DNA of 35,422 nucleotides from a virus (Duplodnaviria > Caudoviricetes), in the IMG/VR virus record IMGVR_UViG_3300001398_000007, positions 1-35,422 of that record; one strand, given 5' to 3'. Shown here one piece after another: positions 1 to 7,554 of this stretch. Each line of letters begins with the position of its first letter. Within the stretch, counting starts at the first letter, position 1. The position numbers and the translations under genes are program-made. The notes below the pieces were generated by a model, which was not told the DNA's origin, did not search any database, and saw nothing but the letters and a program-made list of their open reading frames with translations.

Positions 1-1206
1 ATCCAAGACCAGCCGATCCGCAAGGGTGAAACCAAGGCAAAAATCCGGTTGGATCTGGGTGAAATCGTGGTGACGCGCACGTTCACGGCGCAGGAAGACG
101 GAGACTTCACCACGGCGATTCACGTCGAGAACGCCGAGGGCGCGCGGTACCAGTCCCCACAAGCCATGCTCGACAAGCTCGTCGGATCATTGACCTTTGA
201 CCCGCTCGCGTTCGCTCGGATGCCCGCGAAGGACCAGTTTCAGACGCTTACCGCACTCGTACCAGGGATCGACTTTGGAGCCATTGACCGAGCGAACAAG
301 GCGGATTTCGAAGCGCGCGCCGATCTGAACCGGTCCGCGAAGGCAGCGAAGACCAACGCCGACGCGATTACGCTCGACATTGAGGGTTCGGTTGAAGGGA
401 TCGACGTGACCGCGCTCGTCGCGAAGCTTGGCGATGCTGGTCGCTTCAACGCCGATATCGAGACACGTCGTCAGCGCCGGATCGACGCGGAACTCGCCGT
501 GAAAAAGAGCCGGACCGATGCTCTTAAGACGGAGGATAATCTTGAAGAACTCGTGGATCTTCTCGAAGCCGAGATCGAAGAACGTAAGTCAAAGATCACA
601 GCCGCCAGGGAGAACGCGGCGAAAATTCAGGCTGCTTTCGAGAAGGCCGCTGTCGATATGGAAGCGAAGCTCGCATCAGCCGAACCGCTTCCTTCACCTG
701 TCGATGCGGCTGCGCTCGAGGCCGAGATTGCGGAAGCGAATAAGGTGAACGACGAGGTCCGTTCGCGCTCGCAGAAAATCAAACTCGTGGCCGAACACAC
801 CGCACTCCAGGTGACGGCCGAAGCGCTCACCGCCACCATGGAAAAACGGACAGCCGACAAGCAAGCTGCAATCGCTGCCGCTGCGATGCCAGCTCCCGGG
901 ATCGGCTTCGGTGACGGGTTCGTCACGCTCGCCGGTGTCCCGTTCGAGCAAGCGTCCGACGCCGAACAGCTTCGCGCGTCTATCTCGATCGCGATGGCGC
1001 TGAACCCGAAGCTCCGGGTTATCCGGGTCCGTGACGGCTCGCTTCTCGATGAGGACTCGATGAAGATCCTCGGAGAAATGGCGACCGCCGCCGACTTTCA
1101 ATGCTGGGTTGAGCGCGTGGATTCGTCCGGCAAGGTGGGCTTCGTGATCGAAAATGGAAAGGTCAAGGGTCAAGATGAGAACGTCAGTAGTGCAAGCGCC
1201 GAATAA
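1..1206 (+). CDS. SMC/Rad50/RecN-like coiled-coil ABC-type ATPase (5'-truncated)
   Basis: The frame is open from base 1 (IQDQPIRKGETKAKIRLDLG...). It has a long Ala/Glu/Lys coiled coil and a C-terminal signature/Walker-B-like region (ASDAEQLRASISIAMALNPKLRVIRVRDGSLLD). Walker A would lie upstream of the window. Confidence 0.75.
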   Translation: MQDQPIRKGETKAKIRLDLGEIVVTRTFTAQEDGDFTTAIHVENAEGARYQSPQAMLDKLVGSLTFDPLAFARMPAKDQFQTLTALVPGIDFGAIDRANKADFEARADLNRSAKAAKTNADAITLDIEGSVEGIDVTALVAKLGDAGRFNADIETRRQRRIDAELAVKKSRTDALKTEDNLEELVDLLEAEIEERKSKITAARENAAKIQAAFEKAAVDMEAKLASAEPLPSPVDAAALEAEIAEANKVNDEVRSRSQKIKLVAEHTALQVTAEALTATMEKRTADKQAAIAAAAMPAPGIGFGDGFVTLAGVPFEQASDAEQLRASISIAMALNPKLRVIRVRDGSLLDEDSMKILGEMATAADFQCWVERVDSSGKVGFVIENGKVKGQDENVSSASAE

Positions 1207-1417
1207 GGCAGTAATTCCGACAGAGATTATCGCGCAGTCGATCAAAGAAATCGCCGATGGAATGCGAAAGCTTCGGTCGGGTCAGATGAACGAGCGCGCG
1301 CTTCTACTCCTAATTCAGCACTCCACGCCGTCGCGCATCGGTGTGAGCGCCATTCAAGAAGTTTTAAACGCGCTGTCTGACCTGGAAAAATCGTATCTAA
1401 AAAAGAAGGTGAACTGA
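1175..1417 (+). CDS. hypothetical protein
   Basis: ORF MRTSVVQAPNK...; its stop overlaps the next start (TGATG). Start uncertain. Confidence 0.6.
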   Translation: MRTSVVQAPNKAVIPTEIIAQSIKEIADGMRKLRSGQMNERALLLLIQHSTPSRIGVSAIQEVLNALSDLEKSYLKKKVN

Positions 1418-1680
1418 TGGAAATTGAACTCGGAAGCGAAGTAAAATGTAAGGTCACGGGCTTCAAAGGAATTGCGACCAGCCGAACCGTTCACCTAAAC
1501 GGGTGCGCGCGGATCGGTGTCCAACCGAAGATCGACAAAGACGGAAAACACCCCGACGCATTTTGGATCGACGAACCGCAGCTTGAAGTGCTGAAGCGCG
1601 CCGCTGTGAAGGTTCCACCGCGCACGAATAATGGCGGCCCGTCAATGAAAGCGCCGATGCGCTCGAACCCGACGAGGTAA
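1417..1680 (+). CDS. conserved phage hypothetical protein (small beta-rich, SH3-like)
   Basis: AAGGTG RBS and coupled start. The pattern LGSEVKCKVTGFKGIATSR..LNGC..GVQP..WIDE is a common phage motif. Confidence 0.75.
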   Translation: MEIELGSEVKCKVTGFKGIATSRTVHLNGCARIGVQPKIDKDGKHPDAFWIDEPQLEVLKRAAVKVPPRTNNGGPSMKAPMRSNPTR

Positions 1681-1681
1681 A

Positions 1682-1945
1682 ATGGCCCGCAAAAGAATGT
1701 ACCGCCCCGGTGAGATCATCACTTCAGTTGATTCGCTCATCCAAGAGATCCACGCGGGGCGGTACATTTATATTCGAGGAAAGGTCCAGCATCCCGGCTG
1801 GGTTTCGTCGATGCAGTTTCGCACGGTATTTCTTTACGTCCGTGGCGGCTCTGTCCGCTTCGCTTTGAAGAACGAGCCAGTCCTTCTCGAAGGCCCGGAT
1901 GGTGGTGAGGAAGATTACCCAGCCAACGATGGAGGATGTAACTGA
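1682..1945 (+). CDS. hypothetical protein
   Basis: GAGG RBS, 87 aa, 1 nt after the previous stop. Confidence 0.7.
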   Translation: MARKRMYRPGEIITSVDSLIQEIHAGRYIYIRGKVQHPGWVSSMQFRTVFLYVRGGSVRFALKNEPVLLEGPDGGEEDYPANDGGCN

Positions 1946-1982
1946 TGAGTACCCCAACCCCCGCCACGGGGGGAGAGAATCT

Positions 1983-2231
1983 ATGAAAAAGGTAAAGTTG
2001 ATACCTCCGGATAGAAAGCGATGCCAAGCCGAGAAGCCGAATGGGGCGAACGCGTTCACTCTCGGTGGTCGCCCAGGATTTGTTCGATGCGACGCTACTC
2101 CGACCTATATCGCGACGGAAATTAAAAAGCCGAAAGGGAGTATGTCGGTTTGCGATTGGTGCGCAGGCGTTCTTAATCAGCAGATGCCAGGTCATGCAAC
2201 GCTAATGCCGATTGTAAGGAGAAAGAAATGA
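1983..2231 (+). CDS. hypothetical Cys-containing protein
   Basis: GGAGA RBS, CDWC motif, ATGA overlap with the next gene. Confidence 0.65.
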   Translation: MKKVKLIPPDRKRCQAEKPNGANAFTLGGRPGFVRCDATPTYIATEIKKPKGSMSVCDWCAGVLNQQMPGHATLMPIVRRKK

Positions 2232-2518
2232 CCAACCCCCCAACCCAAGCCCTACTCAAATCACTCGAAGACTGCGAAGCGGAGGCGTACGCATTCGTTA
2301 ACCCAATGCCAGAGTGTGAGACAGGAAAAGAGTGCGATCTACTCGGCGCCTTCAAAGCCGGTCACGCCGCTTGCTTCGCGAAACTTGGGAAGGCTTTGGA
2401 GGAGGCGATGGCTGTAATCGAATGGACCATTAAAAACCAGGCTGTGGACAGAGAGCAAATCGTCAGAATCAACGAGCATAGTCGCGACAAGTGCCGCGCA
2501 ATCCTGGGGGGCGAATGA
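2228..2518 (+). CDS. hypothetical protein
   Basis: AAGGA RBS; ATGA-coupled at both ends. Confidence 0.7.
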   Translation: MTNPPTQALLKSLEDCEAEAYAFVNPMPECETGKECDLLGAFKAGHAACFAKLGKALEEAMAVIEWTIKNQAVDREQIVRINEHSRDKCRAILGGE

Positions 2519-2766
2519 AATACTTAATTTTCCTAGCAGTCATGTTTTCAGCGTGCGCGACTCCGAAGCCGGATGAAGCTTACATCGGACTTATCCGGAT
2601 GACAGTCCTTGAGGAGTTCGAGAAGCGCGACACGGCTCAATGGAATAGGGAGCAAGCTATCGAGGATAAGAAGCAAGAGGAGAGGGACTTTAACGTCCGG
2701 TGCGACTCCAGAGAACTTTCAAAGAAAATACGGGCGGCGGAAGCGCGGGCCAGGAAGGTCGAATGA
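2515..2766 (+). CDS. putative lipoprotein
   Basis: MKYLIFLAVMFSA-C signal with lipobox-like FSAC, followed by a charged helical body. Confidence 0.65.
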   Translation: MKYLIFLAVMFSACATPKPDEAYIGLIRMTVLEEFEKRDTAQWNREQAIEDKKQEERDFNVRCDSRELSKKIRAAEARARKVE

Positions 2767-2803
2767 ATCGCGACGGGTATAACCGTCCCCATCGCGTAGC
2801 TGC

Positions 2804-2873
2804 GCGCCGTTAGCTCAGCGGTAGAGCGCCCCTAAACGGGGAGGGTCGCGGGTTCAATCCCCGCACGGCGCCA
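2804..2873 (+). tRNA. non-canonical tRNA-like RNA with shortened anticodon arm (pseudo-tRNA or tRNA mimic)
   Basis: Acceptor stem GCGCCGT/ACGGCGC (7 bp), T8-A9, D-arm GCTC-AGCGGTA-GAGC, T-arm GCGGG-TTCAATC-CCCGC. The anticodon arm is only CCCC-TAAAC-GGGG. A T7 run follows. Confidence 0.75.
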
Positions 2874-2920
2874 GCTTTTTTTCCTTAGTGATTCCGGCGC
2901 GATACGTTGTCCGATTTCTG

Positions 2921-2949
2921 TATACAAAACGCAGTACATTTTGTATTAT
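2921..2949 (+). promoter_or_regulatory. sigma70-like promoter (TATACA-N17-TATTAT) overlapped by an 8-bp inverted repeat operator candidate
   Basis: -35 at 2921-2926 and -10 at 2944-2949, 6 nt before ATG 2956 (leaderless geometry). Inverted repeat ATACAAAA-N9-TTTTGTAT at 2922-2946. Confidence 0.55.
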
Positions 2950-2955
2950 AGGTAT

Positions 2956-3168
2956 ATGAGAACGAACAAGACGCACAACGAAACCGAACTTAAGGCCCGC
3001 AAGCGCCAAGCGCTTTTAAACAGCGCACTCGCTCACCTAAAGTCTGCCATCGCTGATCTCGAAGAAGCTGACGCATGGACTAAGCAAGACGCCACTCGAA
3101 TCGCATCCCGAGCTGTCGGTATGCTTACCAGCCAGGTTCGCGGGCTCGGCGCAAAGGACGAAGAATGA
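2956..3168 (+). CDS. hypothetical protein (likely leaderless mRNA)
   Basis: ATG directly downstream of the -10 element; ATGA-coupled to the next gene. Confidence 0.65.
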   Translation: MRTNKTHNETELKARKRQALLNSALAHLKSAIADLEEADAWTKQDATRIASRAVGMLTSQVRGLGAKDEE

Positions 3169-3347
3169 AAACGACGGTACATAACGAACTTGAAGCCCGC
3201 GCACTGGTCAAAGAACAGCCCGAAAAATATGACGGGTTCGATTTCTACACTCACGACGGCCAATATATTTTCAGCGTAAAGATCATCGACAGCCTCGCGC
3301 TCGATATGACCTTCGCCAGTTATTACAAGAAAAAGGAGATCGCGTGA
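3165..3347 (+). CDS. hypothetical protein
   Basis: AAGGA RBS; coupled at both ends. Confidence 0.65.
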   Translation: MKTTVHNELEARALVKEQPEKYDGFDFYTHDGQYIFSVKIIDSLALDMTFASYYKKKEIA

Positions 3348-3532
3348 ACTTCACGAACACCTTAAAAGCGATGGCCGAGATCCAAGAAAAAAAGGACCAA
3401 GAGAAAAAGAAACCAGCCCCAATTCTCGACGGCACGGGATTCTCAGAATTCTGGAAAACGAAATGTCCGGCGCTCCCATGGTTCAAGGCGATGCAAAAAT
3501 TCCACGCGAAAAAGAAGAAGGAGTCGAAATGA
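3344..3532 (+). CDS. hypothetical Lys-rich protein
   Basis: AAGGAG RBS; GTG start overlapping the previous stop. Confidence 0.65.
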   Translation: MNFTNTLKAMAEIQEKKDQEKKKPAPILDGTGFSEFWKTKCPALPWFKAMQKFHAKKKKESK

Positions 3533-3855
3533 ACCCACTAGAAATCGCAAACACGATCCGCGACCAGATTCTAGCGTCCGACCGATCCGCAATGATGGCC
3601 TGGGGTTCCCAGCAGCTCGCCGCGCTTCCTGAAAAGCTTCTCGCGCCGGGCAAGGTTCAACTCGGTGGCCTTCAGTTCAAGGTGAACGGCGCGAAGTTCA
3701 AAGGGTTCGTAATCGTTCGCCTGATGGGTGACGACACCTATACGATCGTTCTCCGCAAGGTTCGCGGCGCGAAAGTTTCGGACATCAAAACCCTTGACGA
3801 CGTGTACTGCGACACGCTGATGACCACCATTGACCAGCTTATCGAAAGGGACTGA
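3529..3855 (+). CDS. conserved phage hypothetical protein
   Basis: AAGGAG RBS. The pattern IANTIRDQI..AWG..GGLQFKVNG..KG.V.V.L...DTY..DVYCD.L...ID is common in phage early regions. Confidence 0.75.
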   Translation: MNPLEIANTIRDQILASDRSAMMAWGSQQLAALPEKLLAPGKVQLGGLQFKVNGAKFKGFVIVRLMGDDTYTIVLRKVRGAKVSDIKTLDDVYCDTLMTTIDQLIERD

Positions 3856-3856
3856 A

Positions 3857-4246
3857 ATGAAAGCAATCATAGCCATGCTCGCCGCTCTAGTCGTCCTATA
3901 CGCGATCACTCCGGCCCACGCTGGTATCACCGAATGCGCGAATCTGATTAAGTCCACGAACGCAGACCGGTCAAACGGCGTGATCGTTTCGGTGGCCGGC
4001 GTCCGCAAGGGGCAGTTCGCGATGGTGATGGATTCGGGTGCCTCAAAGTCCCAGGGTGCGGCCGAAAAAATTCAGGACTGTCTCGCCGGTATCGGCGTGA
4101 ACCAGACTGAATTCTTCCTGGTGAAGTCCAAGGGATATTTTAAATGCGGGTACAAGCCGATCAGCCGGGTTTGGATGTGCGGCCAGCCCGAAACGGATCC
4201 GAAGCTTACGAAATTTTTCATGCAAGTCTGGAAGGACGGAAAATGA
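3857..4246 (+). CDS. secreted/periplasmic protein with signal peptide
   Basis: MKAIIAMLAALVVLYAITPAHA-G (AxA cleavage site); 4 Cys in the mature part. Confidence 0.7.
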   Translation: MKAIIAMLAALVVLYAITPAHAGITECANLIKSTNADRSNGVIVSVAGVRKGQFAMVMDSGASKSQGAAEKIQDCLAGIGVNQTEFFLVKSKGYFKCGYKPISRVWMCGQPETDPKLTKFFMQVWKDGK

Positions 4247-4467
4247 GCAATCAAAACGATCTCCAAAAACAAAGAAACGAATTCATGCAGTCAACTCAAG
4301 ACCTATCCCTGATGGTGCTCGACCTTCAGAAGCAGAAGGCGGACCTGCTCGAAGCGCTGAAGGCCGCCGAAAAAACGATTGCTGCGCTTGAGGCCAAGTA
4401 CAAAATCGAACGGAATATGGCGATGAACCATATCCGCGCTGCCATCGCGAAAGCGGAATGCGCATGA
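4243..4467 (+). CDS. hypothetical coiled-coil protein
   Basis: AAGGA RBS, ATGA coupling, ADLLEALKAA motif. Confidence 0.7.
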   Translation: MSNQNDLQKQRNEFMQSTQDLSLMVLDLQKQKADLLEALKAAEKTIAALEAKYKIERNMAMNHIRAAIAKAECA

Positions 4468-4613
4468 GCTACGTCTATATTTGCAGCGAACCAAACCTCT
4501 GGACTGTCGGGTTCTACGATCCAAACGGAAATTGGAATCCAGATAGCGATTACTCAAACCGAGACGACGCAGCCGACCGGGTTCATTACCTGAACGGGGG
4601 AAATAAAGAATGA
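4464..4613 (+). CDS. small conserved phage protein (49 aa; not in ORF track)
   Basis: MSYVYICSEPNLWTVGFYDPNGNWNPDSDYSNRDDAADRVHYLNGGNKE; ATGA-coupled at both ends. Confidence 0.8.
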   Translation: MSYVYICSEPNLWTVGFYDPNGNWNPDSDYSNRDDAADRVHYLNGGNKE

Positions 4614-4864
4614 AAACCACACCACAAGACAAGCCAAAAATGACGATGGGTAAGCAAGGAATCGGTTTTATTCACTCGAAGGGATCGCTTTTCCTTCGCG
4701 AGAACGTCGGGACCGCCGACACCGACGAAGGTCCGGCTTATGAGATGTCTCTTCACGTTGGAAGCCGCGAGCCAATTCTCCAGAGCGTAAAAACCGGGAA
4801 GCAATTCACGCTCACCTGGAAACAGCTTCTCGAGCTTGCGGTGAAGGCGGGGATAGACGAATGA
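4610..4864 (+). CDS. hypothetical protein
   Basis: Coupled at both ends, 84 aa. Confidence 0.7.
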   Translation: MKTTPQDKPKMTMGKQGIGFIHSKGSLFLRENVGTADTDEGPAYEMSLHVGSREPILQSVKTGKQFTLTWKQLLELAVKAGIDE

Positions 4865-5112
4865 AAGGCAAACTCACGAAGACCAGCACGAAGCGATGGG
4901 CGATTGAATGCGACGAAGAACCGTTTGAGGAACTCACCAGCGGTTCGCCGGTTGAGGTCAAGATCGGTCGCCATTGGATTTCTGGCCGCGTAGAATATCT
5001 CCACCCGCCAAGCGGCGAGGGGAGATACGCGCTTCTCGTTCCGTTTGAGAACGATCCAGAATGCGAACAAATTGTCGAGCTGAAAAAGGGCTGGATTGCG
5101 AGGACACCATGA
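4861..5112 (+). CDS. DUF5348-like protein
   Basis: LTSGSPVEVKIGRHWISGRVEY resembles the DUF5348 core; coupled. Confidence 0.55.
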   Translation: MKGKLTKTSTKRWAIECDEEPFEELTSGSPVEVKIGRHWISGRVEYLHPPSGEGRYALLVPFENDPECEQIVELKKGWIARTP

Positions 5113-5477
5113 GCGAAACCAAAAAGACGTTTACCGTCGAGTGCGATAACTGCGGTGAGTATTTTCAAGGGAAATACGAAAAAGGAATCTGTAGCCCGTG
5201 CGACGACGAAATAAGCGAGGCGAAGGATAAGAAGTTTTACGAGATGCGCCGCGAAGAATGCTTTCAAGCGCTCTTCCAGGTGATGACCACCATCATGGTT
5301 CTCCAGGACGCGAAGATCTCGATCCCGGAGTTCCCCTGTTCGGCGGTGAGCTGGATCATCATGGGGAGCGCCGGTCTACCGGATGAAATCAAGAAGCGGT
5401 GCGATGAGTTTTTAAAAGTCGCGGGACCAATCGCGCAAGTCGCTCTTGACGCGGCGGCGCGCGCACGTTCAGACTGA
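5109..5477 (+). CDS. hypothetical Zn-ribbon protein
   Basis: AGGA RBS; CDNC...CSPC motif. Confidence 0.7.
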   Translation: MSETKKTFTVECDNCGEYFQGKYEKGICSPCDDEISEAKDKKFYEMRREECFQALFQVMTTIMVLQDAKISIPEFPCSAVSWIIMGSAGLPDEIKKRCDEFLKVAGPIAQVALDAAARARSD

Positions 5478-5481
5478 AAAA

Positions 5482-5556
5482 ATGTGCGCTGAAATCTGGT
5501 TCGTCGTTGTAACGATAATTGTACTGTGTTTTGTGATCTACACGAGGTTTTACTAA
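5482..5556 (+). CDS. putative 24-aa hydrophobic membrane peptide
   Basis: MCAEIWFVVVTIIVLCFVIYTRFY fills the gap and is TAATG-coupled to the next ORF. No clear RBS. Confidence 0.35.
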   Translation: MCAEIWFVVVTIIVLCFVIYTRFY

Positions 5557-5759
5557 TGAAGGCACTCACGGCTACGAAATCAGAAATCAAGTTCAAGGTC
5601 GCGGCTGAGAAGCGCGCGAAGCGAACTTACCCGCATCAGGTCCGCATCGATGAGGAAATGGAAACCGAGCTTCGCCGTCGCTTGCGCGACATGCCAAAGG
5701 GAACCACGGTGTCCGACGTGCTTCGCGTCTCGCTCAAGGTGGCGTGGCGGCTGGTGTGA
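5556..5759 (+). CDS. ribbon-helix-helix-like DNA-binding protein
   Basis: GAGG RBS; YPHQVRIDEEMETELRRR...GTTVSDVLR fits a strand-helix-helix Arc/CopG pattern. Confidence 0.55.
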   Translation: MKALTATKSEIKFKVAAEKRAKRTYPHQVRIDEEMETELRRRLRDMPKGTTVSDVLRVSLKVAWRLV

Positions 5760-5980
5760 AAAAATGCTACTGCGTAAAAAATCGGATCGCGACCTGTGGT
5801 GACTGCGGTGCGCGAGAGTTCCTTTTTACGCTCGACGAACTTGAGATGATCCAGAACGGACTTTCACTGTATCAATACCAAGACCCGAAGACCGCGAAAA
5901 ACACCATGCGAACAGCAGAAAAACTGAATGCGAAAATCTGGAAGATGCGCGAAGCTGCGCGCAAGGACTCAAAAAAGTGA
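5756..5980 (+). CDS. hypothetical Cys-containing protein
   Basis: GTGA coupling; CYC...CGDC motif. Confidence 0.6.
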   Translation: MKKCYCVKNRIATCGDCGAREFLFTLDELEMIQNGLSLYQYQDPKTAKNTMRTAEKLNAKIWKMREAARKDSKK

Positions 5981-6594
5981 AATGCGCCGACCAGCTCTGT
6001 CACCGAAACGCAAGGCCCGGATCGAGTTATTGCTCCGATCTTTGTGTCCCCGCCGGAAGTTCCCCATCCCGAAAGCCTACTCGGTACGAACCAGCGACGG
6101 ACGAATCCTCTTCGGAGGAGGATGGCGAAGACTCGGAACCGTTATTGAACGGCGAAAGGCCGACGCCGCAAGGTACCAATCTGATCCTGCTCGCCGGGAA
6201 TCGAAGAAACGACAAGCGCGCGAGCGGTACCTCAGAGACCCAGAAAAATCACGCGCCGCAAACATTGAAAAATATAAACGCAAACGAGAGGGAGCCAGTG
6301 GAAAACGATACCGAGACTATGACCGAGAACGCGCCCGAGCTAAGGCGCCCGCATACGGAATTAGAAAAAGCATTGCCGAATTTCGCCGGGGAGACATTCA
6401 GATCGAAGAGCTTAATCGGCGACTCGGTGAAGCAGTTACACGAGCTGATGAGCGACGTCGGAAACGTGATTCGGAAAAAGGGGACCGACCGGATTGATCC
6501 GCAGCTTGTAAACGCGGCATGTAACTGCGCGAAGCAAATCGGATCGCTTCTGAAGCTTCAACTCGAACACGACAAGAATGCAGGTAGGAAATGA
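5977..6594 (+). CDS. hypothetical protein (N-terminal Cys cluster, C-terminal helical domain)
   Basis: AAGGA RBS 9 nt upstream; GTGA- and ATGA-coupled; C..C..YCSDLC and VNAACNCAKQIGSLLKLQLE motifs. Confidence 0.65.
   Translation: MKCADQLCHRNARPGSSYCSDLCVPAGSSPSRKPTRYEPATDESSSEEDGEDSEPLLNGERPTPQGTNLILLAGNRRNDKRASGTSETQKNHAPQTLKNINANEREPVENDTETMTENAPELRRPHTELEKALPNFAGETFRSKSLIGDSVKQLHELMSDVGNVIRKKGTDRIDPQLVNAACNCAKQIGSLLKLQLEHDKNAGRK
5982..6497 (+). CDS. nested same-strand alternative-frame ORF, basic helical protein (171 aa)
   Basis: ATG 1 nt after the upstream stop; Arg/Lys-rich helical segments (RERYLRDPEKSRAANIEKYKRKRE). Confidence 0.45.
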   Translation: MRRPALSPKRKARIELLLRSLCPRRKFPIPKAYSVRTSDGRILFGGGWRRLGTVIERRKADAARYQSDPARRESKKRQARERYLRDPEKSRAANIEKYKRKREGASGKRYRDYDRERARAKAPAYGIRKSIAEFRRGDIQIEELNRRLGEAVTRADERRRKRDSEKGDRPD

Positions 6595-6752
6595 GGGGCG
6601 CATTGGTTCTGATGCTTTTTGTTTTATCGGGTTGCTCATACGGCGAAAAGCATTGCATCGAGACCTGTAAGACGCGCGGTGATGTACGGTCGCACGGAAT
6701 TTCGTGTTCATGTAAAGACGGCTCTTACTGGTCTGGAACCGGGCAAATATGA
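6591..6752 (+). CDS. small Cys-rich lipoprotein (53 aa; not in ORF track)
   Basis: MRGALVLMLFVLSG-C lipobox; CIETC and CSC motifs; ATGA-coupled at both ends. Confidence 0.7.
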   Translation: MRGALVLMLFVLSGCSYGEKHCIETCKTRGDVRSHGISCSCKDGSYWSGTGQI

Positions 6753-7411
6753 CAGCCGCAGATAAGGTCCAAGCGTCGAACGTCTGGGACGCCCGCTACG
6801 GCCTCCCCACCATTCCGATCAATAACAACCCGTGGATCTATACGGCTTACGTCTTCGCGCTGGTGAAGATCGTTGACGGTCTCGTTCCGCCTTCATGGTG
6901 GGAAGCGCTTCTGAAACACGTTCAGGCGTGTATGACCCCAGAGGGAATTCTTCGCCGTTGGCCGGATGGTGGCGGCTTAAGCCATGACGAACTGATCGGT
7001 GCGGCTCACCTGAGCCCGGTCGCCGCGAAGTCGATCATCGTCAGGCTTGAGGAACAGGACGGCCTCTACAGCGATCCGAACGCGGAACAGGAATACTTTT
7101 TCAGGTTTGCGTTCCTGATGCCGTACCTCCGCGCGCGCGCCGGGTTCCGGGTTGGACTCGTCTCACAGATCGTCTTCTCGTTTTGCATTCTCCTGCACGG
7201 TTGGAGCTACGGGCCGACATCCGGTGACTCGGACACGTTGAAATTTTGGCTGATGGGAATCGAGATGGAGAAGGTCGGTCTTTGCGCGCTCGCCGTTCCG
7301 GCGTGGCGAAAGACGATGGCGAAAAAAGGGAGAAGCCTTAAGAGCATTTTCAGCACGACGTACCTGACCGAGTGTCCGGTTCTCGGTGAGATTGCGCCGG
7401 AGACTTTGTGA
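6749..7411 (+). CDS. hypothetical alpha-helical protein
   Basis: 220 aa, coupled at both ends, aromatic-rich; no family recognised. Confidence 0.75.
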   Translation: MTAADKVQASNVWDARYGLPTIPINNNPWIYTAYVFALVKIVDGLVPPSWWEALLKHVQACMTPEGILRRWPDGGGLSHDELIGAAHLSPVAAKSIIVRLEEQDGLYSDPNAEQEYFFRFAFLMPYLRARAGFRVGLVSQIVFSFCILLHGWSYGPTSGDSDTLKFWLMGIEMEKVGLCALAVPAWRKTMAKKGRSLKSIFSTTYLTECPVLGEIAPETL

Positions 7412-7554
7412 TCTACATCGAATGCACGATCTGCAAAGGCCAAGGCGAAATAATAGTTCGCCGCGAGGACGGAACTTACGACACCTGTGAATGCGCGCTC
7501 TGTACGGGCACCGGACGAATTGAAAACACCGAAGAGAATTGGGAACATGCCTAA
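7408..7554 (+). CDS. small DnaJ-type zinc-finger protein (48 aa; not in ORF track)
   Basis: CTICKGQG and CALCTGTG (two CxxCxGxG motifs); GGAG RBS; GTGA coupling. Confidence 0.7.
   Translation: MIYIECTICKGQGEIIVRREDGTYDTCECALCTGTGRIENTEENWEHA

Noticed and set aside
2804-2873. Calling the element a functional tRNA-Phe(AAA) or an att-site tRNA remnant
   Set aside because: The anticodon stem would be only 3 bp. The element is full length and 6 kb from the integrase, unlike the 3'-half duplications found at att sites.
2918-2934. LexA SOS box-like CTGTATACAAAACGCAG
   Set aside because: Spacing is one base too long for CTGT-N8-ACAG, and the right half is imperfect.
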